20,000 bases of DNA from an uncultured virus (IMG/VR IMGVR_UViG_3300000425_000001) (IMGVR_UViG_3300000425_000001), one strand, 5' to 3'; counted from the first letter of the stretch, positions 9,344 to 18,160 are shown. Translations and numbers: made by a program. The notes: generated from the letters alone by a model not told the origin.

Positions 9344-10175
9344 TGGTGTAGTATTAATTGCAAACAACAACGGCTCGGTTGATTATGTTAAACAGGCAAT
9401 TTATTGTGCACAGCGCATAACAAAATATCTAAGATTACCAGTAACACTAATAACTGACAGCTACGACTATGCACTTGAGATTTCGAACAACACGTTCGAC
9501 AAAATAATTTCTACTGACTATAAGCAATCAACTAATAATAAAATATACTACGACGGAGCAATGGCTCACAAAGTCTTGCAGTTTAAGAACCACAGCAGGA
9601 CCGTTGCATATCATCACACTCCGTATGATCAGACTATTCTAATGGACACTGACTATCTAGTATCAAGTGATAATCTAAACAATTGTTTTACAATGACATC
9701 TGATTTGATGATGTACAAAGATAGTTATGATTTATCCGATGTAAGGGACACACGTGAGTTTAAATATATAAGCGACAAAGGTATTGACTTTTATTGGGCA
9801 ACTGTTGTATATTTTAAAAAGAGTAAAAAGAACGATATCTATTTTAATCTTATAGATCATATTGAAGAAAATTGGAAATACTATCAAAATATATATGATA
9901 TAAATTCAAATTTATTCAGGAATGATTTTGCATTTAGTATTGCACTGCATATAATGAACGGATTTACTAGTAACAATCAAGTGTCTCAAACATTGCCGGG
10001 CAAACATTACTACACAATTGACCAAGATTTATTATGGAATGTCAAAAACGATCAGTTAACGTTTTTAGTGCACAAAAAACAATATGAAGGTCAATACACG
10101 CTAATTAGTACTGACGGCACAGATGTCCATGTAATGAATAAGTTTAGTCTAGAAAGAATAATCAACAATGAATAG
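9336..10175 (+). CDS. Putative GT-A fold nucleotide-diphospho-sugar transferase
   Basis: 279 aa. N-terminal hydrophobic strand GVVLIANNN..DYVKQA, and TPYDQTILMDTD with a DxD motif after a hydrophobic strand. Paralogous to 10168..11580. Confidence 0.7.
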   Translation: MTNGVVLIANNNGSVDYVKQAIYCAQRITKYLRLPVTLITDSYDYALEISNNTFDKIISTDYKQSTNNKIYYDGAMAHKVLQFKNHSRTVAYHHTPYDQTILMDTDYLVSSDNLNNCFTMTSDLMMYKDSYDLSDVRDTREFKYISDKGIDFYWATVVYFKKSKKNDIYFNLIDHIEENWKYYQNIYDINSNLFRNDFAFSIALHIMNGFTSNNQVSQTLPGKHYYTIDQDLLWNVKNDQLTFLVHKKQYEGQYTLISTDGTDVHVMNKFSLERIINNE

Positions 10176-11580
10176 AGGATATGTAATTGTAGCACAAAAC
10201 AATATAGATTATGATCATAGGATTTCACCTAATCATACACTGTGTCCCCAGTACGAGGGTATACACGTTGATGTATGGTATCAAGAACTGTCCTATATCA
10301 AGGGCCAACATATCTATAATAATAAATCGGTTTATAAGGTTACTAAGACAAGCCCAGCAAATACTAAATTTGAAGACCTAGAACTAGATCGAATAATTGG
10401 TAATGTTAGACTAATTGATGACGAAAATAATAGACTAAAATTTTATCGTGCTAGTAAAAATGATCTAGTACTGTCGAATAACAAACTGTATACTGTTGAA
10501 AAACAAGACACTAACGTTCCCTATGAGTTAACACCAATTTATAAAGGTATACATGTTGACGTATATTATGATACTGTAGAATACGTTGCTGGACAGCATG
10601 TATTAAAAGATAACATAGTATACAGGATGACACAGCCCGGCACCAGTGTAAACAAAAACACTGCTGATATAGTAGTGTCGGATATAAAGTTATACGACGA
10701 TGCAAATAAATCACTATGGTTTGAAGATGCAAAAGCAGGCGATAACGTCTTGTATTATAATCATCTATTTCAACTAGAGCCTGTGGTGTTTGATGATTAT
10801 GTAAAACAAGCATGTTACCTAGCAGCTAGCTTGCATAAATTCAACAGCGATGCAAAAATATCTGTCATGACCAACGACACAATACCTGAGCAATATCAAA
10901 AGCTGTTCGACTATATTATCCCTATACCCTACGGAGACGATGCAGCAAACTCTCTGTGGAAAGTAGAGAATCGCTGGAAGGTGTACCACAGCACACCATA
11001 TGACGAAACAGTTGTATTTGATGCAGATATGTTTATACTGCAAGATATCTCATTATGGTGGGAATATTTTGACAATTATGAATTATATTTTACTACACAG
11101 GTAAAAACCTATAGAGGAAAAACAGTTACTGATAGTGCTTATCGTAAAACATTTGTTGCTAACAACTTACCTAATATATATACAGGCATGTATTACTTTA
11201 AAAAATGTAAGTTAGCTGATGAGTTTTTTGAAATATTAGAATTAATATGCAAAGACTGGGAGCAATTTTATGAAAAGTTTTTACCCAAAGAAACTCCTTT
11301 TAATTTAAGTATTGACGTAGCAGCAGCACTAGCTGTTGTAATACTAGGTATTGAAGATAGAGTTACAAATAAGAAAAATACTGAAATTACATTTACTCAT
11401 ATGAAACCTAGAATACAAGAGTGGAAACAGTATGACGATTCGTGGCAAAAATCTTTGGGTGTATATTTTAATAAAAAAACAGAATTAAAACTAGGTAATC
11501 ACAAGCAGTACGGTATCTTACACTATACCGAATCTGATTTCTTAGATAATATTGAAATAGAGAGTATCGTAGATGTCTAA
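10168..11580 (+). CDS. Putative GT-A fold glycosyltransferase with a 196-aa N-terminal insert of two repeat modules
   Basis: 470 aa. GYVIVAQNNIDY...[insert]...DYVKQACYLAASL, TPYDETVVFDAD (DxD) and YTGMYYFKK align with WATVVYFKK and related motifs of 9336..10175. Confidence 0.7.
   Translation: MNRGYVIVAQNNIDYDHRISPNHTLCPQYEGIHVDVWYQELSYIKGQHIYNNKSVYKVTKTSPANTKFEDLELDRIIGNVRLIDDENNRLKFYRASKNDLVLSNNKLYTVEKQDTNVPYELTPIYKGIHVDVYYDTVEYVAGQHVLKDNIVYRMTQPGTSVNKNTADIVVSDIKLYDDANKSLWFEDAKAGDNVLYYNHLFQLEPVVFDDYVKQACYLAASLHKFNSDAKISVMTNDTIPEQYQKLFDYIIPIPYGDDAANSLWKVENRWKVYHSTPYDETVVFDADMFILQDISLWWEYFDNYELYFTTQVKTYRGKTVTDSAYRKTFVANNLPNIYTGMYYFKKCKLADEFFEILELICKDWEQFYEKFLPKETPFNLSIDVAAALAVVILGIEDRVTNKKNTEITFTHMKPRIQEWKQYDDSWQKSLGVYFNKKTELKLGNHKQYGILHYTESDFLDNIEIESIVDV
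10252..10500 (+). repeat. Protein repeat module copy 1 (YxGxHVDVxY...GQH...VY)
   Basis: YEGIHVDVWYQELSYIKGQHIYNNKSVYKV...IIGNVRLIDDENNRL...NDLVLSNNKLY. Confidence 0.85.
10540..10779 (+). repeat. Protein repeat module copy 2
   Basis: YKGIHVDVYYDTVEYVAGQHVLKDNIVYRM...VVSDIKLYDDANKSL...GDNVLYYNHLF; starts 288 nt (96 codons) after copy 1. Confidence 0.85.
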
Positions 11581-12478
11581 CCTTATAAACGTACTCAAAC
11601 GTATAAACAACAAAATTGAACTATCATCTGACAGTTATGTTTACTATGACGAACTGACCGGTAGTATTAAAAAGATATCTAATACCAATGAAACTAATGA
11701 TTATGCTCTGTTAAAGGTCAATCACGAGCAGGTTAAAGATATAATTAACGGTCGATACAAATATAACGATTTTATTATTACGTATGACAACTCACAAAAA
11801 ACCAATGTGTTGCAGCGTCGAGACTTTAAAAATAATGCTCACGAAGTGCGAGACAGAATATTTAAAATCAAACAGGTGCACGATGATTACTACTACAAGG
11901 AAATATACAAAGGTATGCATGTTGACGTTTGGTATAAAGAACTAAATCATCTTGCAGGGCAACATGTATGGCATAATAATTGTGTTTATAAAGCAGTTGA
12001 TAATTTACCAGCAAATATAGAATTTGATTTCAGTCACTACGAAAAAATTATCGATGATGTAGTCCTTTATTCTGATCAAAATATAAATTTACCATTCGGA
12101 TCATTGACAAATGTCGGACAGTCTTTTTTAAACAACAACTATCTTTATCAATATACTCGAGGAATCGAGCTTGACGATTTACTAATTGAACGTAACATAC
12201 CCAATCAATGTTGGTATTTTTCAACTTCGTTAGAATTACAAAAAAATATAAGCTTTAGAAATTCAACAAATATTAAAAATACCAGTTTATCTGTTTTTGC
12301 AACTGAAGTAGATGATCCTAATATCTTATATAGAAATTTTAATATTTCAGTTGACGACTTACTCAACCAAACTAAACTGGTATTTCCTTTCAAATATGAT
12401 TGGGAAAGCAGTAATAAAGCAGTAAGTATGTACACAAACAAGTTTTTTGATAGTTATGCATATAAGGTAATCATATGA
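11573..12478 (+). CDS. Hypothetical protein carrying a third copy of the repeat module
   Basis: 301 aa with an 8-nt overlap to the upstream gene. It has an internal YKGMHVDVWYKELNHLAGQHVWHNNCVYKA segment; no catalytic motif was recognised. Confidence 0.75.
   Translation: MSNLINVLKRINNKIELSSDSYVYYDELTGSIKKISNTNETNDYALLKVNHEQVKDIINGRYKYNDFIITYDNSQKTNVLQRRDFKNNAHEVRDRIFKIKQVHDDYYYKEIYKGMHVDVWYKELNHLAGQHVWHNNCVYKAVDNLPANIEFDFSHYEKIIDDVVLYSDQNINLPFGSLTNVGQSFLNNNYLYQYTRGIELDDLLIERNIPNQCWYFSTSLELQKNISFRNSTNIKNTSLSVFATEVDDPNILYRNFNISVDDLLNQTKLVFPFKYDWESSNKAVSMYTNKFFDSYAYKVII
11906..12154 (+). repeat. Protein repeat module copy 3
   Basis: YKGMHVDVWYKELNHLAGQHVWHNNCVYKA..PAN.EF...IIDDVVLYSDQNINL...GQSFLNNNYLY. 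The DNA tacaaaggtatgcatgttgacgtttggtat resembles copies 1 and 2. Confidence 0.85.
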
Positions 12479-13395
12479 ATAAGAAATTTAGAGTAACTGA
12501 CTACGATATAATTTATCTAAGCTACGATGAGCCAAATGCAGAACGTAATTATGCAGACCTGTGTTCAAAAGTACCGTGGGCTAAACGTGTGCACGGAGTA
12601 GAAGGCAGTGATAGTGCACACAAGGCATGTGCAGAACTATCAGAGACTGATCGATTTATTACCGTAGACGGTGATAACATTATTGATCAAAAATTTCTCA
12701 ATCAAGAAATTGACTTTAGCGAACATGCTAATTTGTCAACCAGTGTTATTAGTTGGACTGCTAAGAATACAATCAATGGTCTAACATATGGTAACGGTGG
12801 AATTAAATGTTGGCCAAAGAAATATGTACTTAACATGCGCACACACGAAAATGCAGACCCTAAAAACGCACATGCACAGGTTGACTTTTGTTGGGATGTA
12901 AAATATATTCAAATGAATGGAACCTACAGCGAAATAATGAATAATCATACCCCACATCAAGCATGGAGAGCAGGATTTCGCGAAGGTGTTAAAATGACAC
13001 TGGATCAAGGCATCGGTGTTTCAAAAGAACAACTGCTGGACAGTCATTGGAAAAATTTACATAGACTATATATTTGGTTAATGGTGGGCGCAGATGCAGA
13101 AAACGGAGATTGGGCAATACTCGGAGCTCGTGCAGGTCTATACATGACTATGTGTACAGACTGGAATTATGTTAATGTTCGTGATTTTACATACTTAAAT
13201 GATTTGTGGAAAGTGTCATTTGAATCAATTGAAGACGTTGGGTATGAGATCGAACAGTATGGCTCTAAACTTATAAACGAACTAGAAATTCCTATTGCAG
13301 AAAGTCCGCTAGATTCACGACAAAGCAAGTTTTTTAAAACAGTATACCAAAATCCTGCTCGAACTGCTAACCAACAATTTATTAACCCGGAGTAA
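12475..13395 (+). CDS. Putative GT-A-like glycosyltransferase
   Basis: 306 aa with an ATGA overlap. DIIYLSYDEPNA...KRVHGVEG..AH...RFITVDGD places a DxD motif after a hydrophobic strand. A paralog starts at 19729. Confidence 0.6.
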   Translation: MNKKFRVTDYDIIYLSYDEPNAERNYADLCSKVPWAKRVHGVEGSDSAHKACAELSETDRFITVDGDNIIDQKFLNQEIDFSEHANLSTSVISWTAKNTINGLTYGNGGIKCWPKKYVLNMRTHENADPKNAHAQVDFCWDVKYIQMNGTYSEIMNNHTPHQAWRAGFREGVKMTLDQGIGVSKEQLLDSHWKNLHRLYIWLMVGADAENGDWAILGARAGLYMTMCTDWNYVNVRDFTYLNDLWKVSFESIEDVGYEIEQYGSKLINELEIPIAESPLDSRQSKFFKTVYQNPARTANQQFINPE

Positions 13396-13397
13396 TA

Positions 13398-14789
13398 ATG
13401 GACCTTAGTTTAATTAAAAAAGATTTAGATAATGTCAGTTGTTCGTTTTGCGTAGCAAAATGGAAACAAGTTACATTACACCTTCATAACGGACATACAC
13501 ACAGTTGTCACCATCCAGTGCCACATAAGATACCTATTGAAGAATTAAAAGATAACCCTAGCGCATTACACAATACCAATTTTAAAAAACAACAGCGTAA
13601 ACTAATGCTAGAAGGAGAACGTCCAGAAGAATGTGATTATTGTTGGCGTGTAGAAGATTCTGGCGGCGACGGAATAAGTGATAGAACATATAAATCTTCT
13701 GAATTGTGGGCTCAGCCTTATATAAAAGACATTGTATCTAAACCTTGGGACGACAATGTTAATCCTAGTTATCTTGAAGTTAGCTTTAGTAGTGTATGTA
13801 ATTTTAAATGTAGTTATTGTTCTCCACAAGTTAGTAGTAAGTGGATGGAAGAAATACAGCAGCACGGCCCGTATCCAACTTCGACTTATTTTAACAATAT
13901 AGATTATTTGCATGAAACAGATGCAATGCCTATTCCCAATAGAGAACATAATCCTTATGTAGAAGCATTTTGGAAATGGTGGCCTGATGTTTCAAAAGAC
14001 TTACACCATTTTAGAATTACAGGCGGCGAACCATTGCTTTCTAAAGATACTTTTAAAGTACTTGATGATTTAATAGCAAATCCAAAGCCTAATCTAGAAG
14101 TGTCGATTAACAGTAATATGTGTATACCAGATGCAATCTTTAACAACTTTATTGAAAAAATCAAAATTATATGCAATGAAGGTAAAGTAAAAAAGTTTAA
14201 AATATTTACAAGTGCCGAAGCACATGGAGCTCAGGCAGAATATATACGACATGGACTAAATTATAATCAATGGCTAGATAATATTCATCGTGTGTTAAGA
14301 GAAGTTCCAAATTGTTCTTTTACTTGTATGAGTACATATAACTTTTTAAGCTTGTTTAGCTTTAAACGGTTTAGTAAAGATATCCTAGATATAAAGAAAG
14401 AATATGGTGGTCACGATAAAAAGATTCATCCTATAATCCTTGACGTTCCATTTTTAAGATATCCACATCACCAGACTATTTTTATTATGCCAGAAAAATT
14501 TAAGTCATATGTATACGATCAAGTAACATATGTATATGAAAATGTTCAAAATTCATCATGGATGGGCACTGCAAACAACAGATTTTATCAATGGGAAGCA
14601 GATAAATTTAAAAGATTATATGATCTCGTTATGAACACAGACGAAGCCCATGAAACTGATGAAAGTGTTATTAGAAATCGTCGTGATTTTATTAAGTTTG
14701 TTGATAATCACGACATAAGACGTGGAACTAATTTTCTTAAAACGTTTCCTGAAATGGAAGAAGAATATTATAAGTGGTCTAATCTATGA
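13398..14789 (+). CDS. Radical SAM protein with N-terminal twitch-like auxiliary Fe-S domain
   Basis: CNFKCSYC (CxxxCxxC) at 13797-13820 and an ITGGEPL motif. N-terminal FCVAKW...SCHH...ECDYCW cysteines precede the radical SAM core. Confidence 0.9.
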   Translation: MDLSLIKKDLDNVSCSFCVAKWKQVTLHLHNGHTHSCHHPVPHKIPIEELKDNPSALHNTNFKKQQRKLMLEGERPEECDYCWRVEDSGGDGISDRTYKSSELWAQPYIKDIVSKPWDDNVNPSYLEVSFSSVCNFKCSYCSPQVSSKWMEEIQQHGPYPTSTYFNNIDYLHETDAMPIPNREHNPYVEAFWKWWPDVSKDLHHFRITGGEPLLSKDTFKVLDDLIANPKPNLEVSINSNMCIPDAIFNNFIEKIKIICNEGKVKKFKIFTSAEAHGAQAEYIRHGLNYNQWLDNIHRVLREVPNCSFTCMSTYNFLSLFSFKRFSKDILDIKKEYGGHDKKIHPIILDVPFLRYPHHQTIFIMPEKFKSYVYDQVTYVYENVQNSSWMGTANNRFYQWEADKFKRLYDLVMNTDEAHETDESVIRNRRDFIKFVDNHDIRRGTNFLKTFPEMEEEYYKWSNL

Positions 14790-15673
14790 GTGATAAACTA
14801 AGTAAAAGAAATATAAAAGTTGCATTTTGTTTTAGCGGACAACTTCGTACGTGGAAAAGATGTATAATTAATTGGAAAAAGTTATTTAAAAATCTAGAAA
14901 AAACATATGGTATAACTGAAATTGACGTATTTTGTCATATTTGGGATCACAATACTTTGCAGCAAAGTATTGCTACTGAGAAATATGGTGGTAATATTAT
15001 TGATAACGCGGCTATATTACCTAACGACGAAATAGGTAATTATATTAAACAACTTAATCCGGTAGATTACAAAATTAGTAATATAACAGCATCTAAGAAC
15101 TCAACGCAGCAAACACTTGATCAGCAAGCACTTGACAAAATAGGAACAGATGACTACCGTCTTTACGGTGAATGTAACAATGCGTGGATGTCACCACAAT
15201 TTTATTCGATCATGTATTCTGCACATTTAAAAAGAATGCATGAAATAAAACATAATTTTAATTACGATGTGTGTGTTCGTATGAGAAATGATCTCTATTT
15301 TGAAAAAAGTCTATCAGCTCGGTCTATGGAAAATTTGTTAAACCCTAAATTTAATACAGTTTATTCTTGTCATACTGGAATAGATGATGTAATGTGGTTT
15401 AAAAGGAGACTAGGTGATATATTTTGGTATGCTGATAGTCCAACATTTGATAAGATGTCAAATTTCTATCAGTGGTTGCCGACATTAGGATCTAGAGCTA
15501 TATCTCCGACATCAGATGCAGCTCCGGAACATCTATTATATTTTTATGCAAAAATGTTTAACATATCATTAGATACAATATCTGATGATCCTAAAATAGT
15601 CCGAGACGCAGAATATGTTAAATTAAAACAAGATTTTGGTTACGGCCCGCTCGGTGGTTATGAAATATCATGA
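14786..15673 (+). CDS. Hypothetical 'CFSGQxR ... YDxxxxxRxD' family protein, possible glycosyltransferase
   Basis: 295 aa. Motifs VAFCFSGQLRTW, DVFCHIWD, FYS, YDVCVRMRND and PEHLL. Paralog of the next ORF; the GT-like function is inference. Confidence 0.55.
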   Translation: MSDKLSKRNIKVAFCFSGQLRTWKRCIINWKKLFKNLEKTYGITEIDVFCHIWDHNTLQQSIATEKYGGNIIDNAAILPNDEIGNYIKQLNPVDYKISNITASKNSTQQTLDQQALDKIGTDDYRLYGECNNAWMSPQFYSIMYSAHLKRMHEIKHNFNYDVCVRMRNDLYFEKSLSARSMENLLNPKFNTVYSCHTGIDDVMWFKRRLGDIFWYADSPTFDKMSNFYQWLPTLGSRAISPTSDAAPEHLLYFYAKMFNISLDTISDDPKIVRDAEYVKLKQDFGYGPLGGYEIS

Positions 15674-16479
15674 AAGAGAAAATAAGAGTTGCAGTTTGTT
15701 TTAGTGGACAAATACGAGATTGGAAACTTGCCTCAAAAAATATTTTAACTTACTTTTCGCCAACAAAAGATTCCGATATATCAGTAGATTATTTTATACA
15801 TACATGGGATACCAATACATGGAGATTTCCAAAAACAGATATTAGTGAGTATGTAGATAAGAAGCATAACGATATAAACGAATTAGTAGACACATATAAG
15901 CCAGTTGCATATCATATGTCAGCATACCATCCTAACGAGTGGAAATCAGCATGGGACCCTTTATTTTATAGTTTTGAATATAGTATATTGTTGAAACAAC
16001 AGTACGAACTAGAAAACAACTTTGTATATGATATTGTAGTGAAGGCTCGTCCTGACACTGTATATAATCCTACTAATCGTTTTCCGTTCTATTGCCACAT
16101 TGATGATAGCGCTTGCTATACTGCAACTAAAATAAATAGGTTTTCAGCTGAATTTAATATGCAGTGTTTTGACGATGTTATGTTTTTCGGCACCAGCAAA
16201 ATAATGGATGTTATGTCAGGTTTATATAAGTATTACAATTTAAAAAATAAATTCAGACGCAATGCAGAGATGTCATCTGGTCCGCCGATTGATATAGACT
16301 CTACTATGCACCTAGGCCCAGGTACCTTATTATATCGGTATGCAGTAAAACATAATATTCATCCTGACAGTTGTAAGATTGATTATGCAATTGTACGTAG
16401 TACTATGCGAGATCAAGGGTTAGACTCTGTAGAAGACTACGATAAAATAAAAAAACTTTGGTTTGAGTGGTATATGTAA
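15670..16479 (+). CDS. Hypothetical 'CFSGQxR ... YDxxxxxRxD' family protein, possible glycosyltransferase
   Basis: 269 aa. Motifs VAVCFSGQIRDW, DYFIHTWD, FYS, YDIVVKARPD and PGTLL. Confidence 0.55.
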   Translation: MKEKIRVAVCFSGQIRDWKLASKNILTYFSPTKDSDISVDYFIHTWDTNTWRFPKTDISEYVDKKHNDINELVDTYKPVAYHMSAYHPNEWKSAWDPLFYSFEYSILLKQQYELENNFVYDIVVKARPDTVYNPTNRFPFYCHIDDSACYTATKINRFSAEFNMQCFDDVMFFGTSKIMDVMSGLYKYYNLKNKFRRNAEMSSGPPIDIDSTMHLGPGTLLYRYAVKHNIHPDSCKIDYAIVRSTMRDQGLDSVEDYDKIKKLWFEWYM

Positions 16480-17339
16480 TGAAATTAATTTTTGATGGTG
16501 ATAGTTGGACATTTGGATCTGAAATCGTAGACCCTAATTTGTCTGCACAATATCCTAGAAATACCCATCCGGGTGATTATGACTCAAAGGAAGTAAACGA
16601 TTATTACAGAATTCCGAAAATTTATCCATACCATATGGCAAAACAATTAGATTGTGATTATGTAAATTTAGGTTGGCCTGCCGATGATAACAGAACTATA
16701 ATAGAAAGGACAATGTCGTATATTTCTACAGAGTATTTAGGTCGTAATAAACCAACAGATGATATATTTGTAATTATAGGATGGACAAGTCCTGAAAGAA
16801 ACAGTTTTTGGTGGAAAAATGGTGATTTTTCACGTAAGTTTAGATTGTGGCCAAATTGTGCTCATTTTGATGATAGACTAATGAAAAAATTATGGAAGAC
16901 ATATGTTCAGCATATGTGGAATCCAGAAGAATATATACCGCGTTATGTATCAACAGTACTACAATTTCAGAACTTTTGTAATACTCATAATATTAACTGG
17001 TTATGTTATAATGCGTTTTACCAAACTCCAAACGAAGGCCCTGAAAACTGGGAAGACCTTAATATGCCAGAGAAGTTAAAGAGCATCGATTGTAAAGTAG
17101 GTAGATATATATATTCTGATAACGGAGTAAGAACTGAGAAAAACTTAACGTTTGAATCTTTATGGAATACAATTGACCCAATAAGATTTTATAAAAAAGA
17201 TCAACCCAATAATACATTCAAAAGTTTTATTGAAGAAACTGTAGATGATCCGTTAGTAGGATGGCACCCTAGTCCAACAGGACACGAAGCATGGGCAACT
17301 GAATTAGTAACATACATAAAGGAAAATAATTTATTATGA
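16479..17339 (+). CDS. SGNH/GDSL-like hydrolase or acyltransferase
   Basis: Start taken at ATG 16479, a TAATG overlap with the previous stop, rather than GTG 16467. Motifs LIFDGDSWTFG, VNLG...N, IIGWTSPER and C-terminal HPSPTGHEAWA. Confidence 0.7.
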   Translation: MKLIFDGDSWTFGSEIVDPNLSAQYPRNTHPGDYDSKEVNDYYRIPKIYPYHMAKQLDCDYVNLGWPADDNRTIIERTMSYISTEYLGRNKPTDDIFVIIGWTSPERNSFWWKNGDFSRKFRLWPNCAHFDDRLMKKLWKTYVQHMWNPEEYIPRYVSTVLQFQNFCNTHNINWLCYNAFYQTPNEGPENWEDLNMPEKLKSIDCKVGRYIYSDNGVRTEKNLTFESLWNTIDPIRFYKKDQPNNTFKSFIEETVDDPLVGWHPSPTGHEAWATELVTYIKENNLL

Positions 17340-18160
17340 AAAAACTTGTTGTATGCGGCGACAGTTTTGCAAAAGGTATAGGTTGCCGTGATCTTAAAAA
17401 CGAACCGTACGGAAGTATAGTAGCTAATAAATTAGGATTAGATCTTGTAAATATTGCCAAAGGATCTAGTACAAACTATAGTATATTTTTACAAGTGTTA
17501 TATGCAATAGAACATATTGATAATATCGATATGATGCTAATTACGAATACTAGTTATGATAGGGTAGAATGGTTTGCACAAGATGCACATGATGGTTCGG
17601 GCCGTGAAATTAGTAACTTTGATATAAATTACCATGAATATCCACCGTATAAGCCAGGAAGTTATATGCCACATAAAGATAGCGAATCTCATATAATGCA
17701 TAACAGCAGTCGTTATAACGGAAAGATCTTTACAGAAAATTTATTAGGCATAATTGATTACTTTGACAATGTAGTTGATAAAGGTCTAGAAAATCTAAAT
17801 GGGTACTACGAGAGGTTTCACAACGAACCTAAACATAGAACTAGAATATTATACGATTATGCTCAACAGATACACGATCGTCGCATAAACAGGATGCACA
17901 GCTTGGGCGCAATGGCAATGTGTCATATTGCACTAAAAAATGCAAACATAAAACATTTAATAGGTACTGAAAACATCAACAAATCAAAACATCACGTACT
18001 GATTGATAATAGTAATCATATGGAGTTAAGCTGGGGATTACTGTCAGTTAAATATCCTGACGATCTTCCTAGTATGCATACTAGTGCCAAAGGACACAAA
18101 GTAGCAGCAAAAATTGCACTGAAACAAATTAAAAAGAATGGTTGGAATAATGGAAATTAA
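17336..18160 (+). CDS. SGNH/GDSL-like hydrolase or acyltransferase
   Basis: 274 aa with an ATGA overlap. Motifs LVVCGDSFAKG, VNIAKGSSTN, ITNTSYDR and C-terminal HTSAKGHKVAA. Confidence 0.7.
   Translation: MKKLVVCGDSFAKGIGCRDLKNEPYGSIVANKLGLDLVNIAKGSSTNYSIFLQVLYAIEHIDNIDMMLITNTSYDRVEWFAQDAHDGSGREISNFDINYHEYPPYKPGSYMPHKDSESHIMHNSSRYNGKIFTENLLGIIDYFDNVVDKGLENLNGYYERFHNEPKHRTRILYDYAQQIHDRRINRMHSLGAMAMCHIALKNANIKHLIGTENINKSKHHVLIDNSNHMELSWGLLSVKYPDDLPSMHTSAKGHKVAAKIALKQIKKNGWNNGN

Larger units (their letters stand above)
10207..10801 (+). repeat. 7-bp direct repeat GATTATG (10207-10213 and 10795-10801) bounding an in-frame 588-bp insert
   Basis: Both copies were read directly from the sequence. 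Their spacing is 588 nt = 196 codons, and both encode D-Y in the gene's frame. Confidence 0.75.

Noticed and set aside
10207..10801. Insert interpreted as an intein or self-splicing intron
   Set aside because: There is no N-terminal C/S, no C-terminal HN followed by C/S/T, no LAGLIDADG or HNH motif and no stop codons, and the content is a tandem protein repeat. Splicing is not formally excluded without RNA data.
10252..12154. Repeat copies interpreted as DGR template/variable regions or a CRISPR array
   Set aside because: The copies are highly diverged at all base types and conserved mainly at protein level. There is no reverse transcriptase in the window and no identical regularly spaced DNA repeats.
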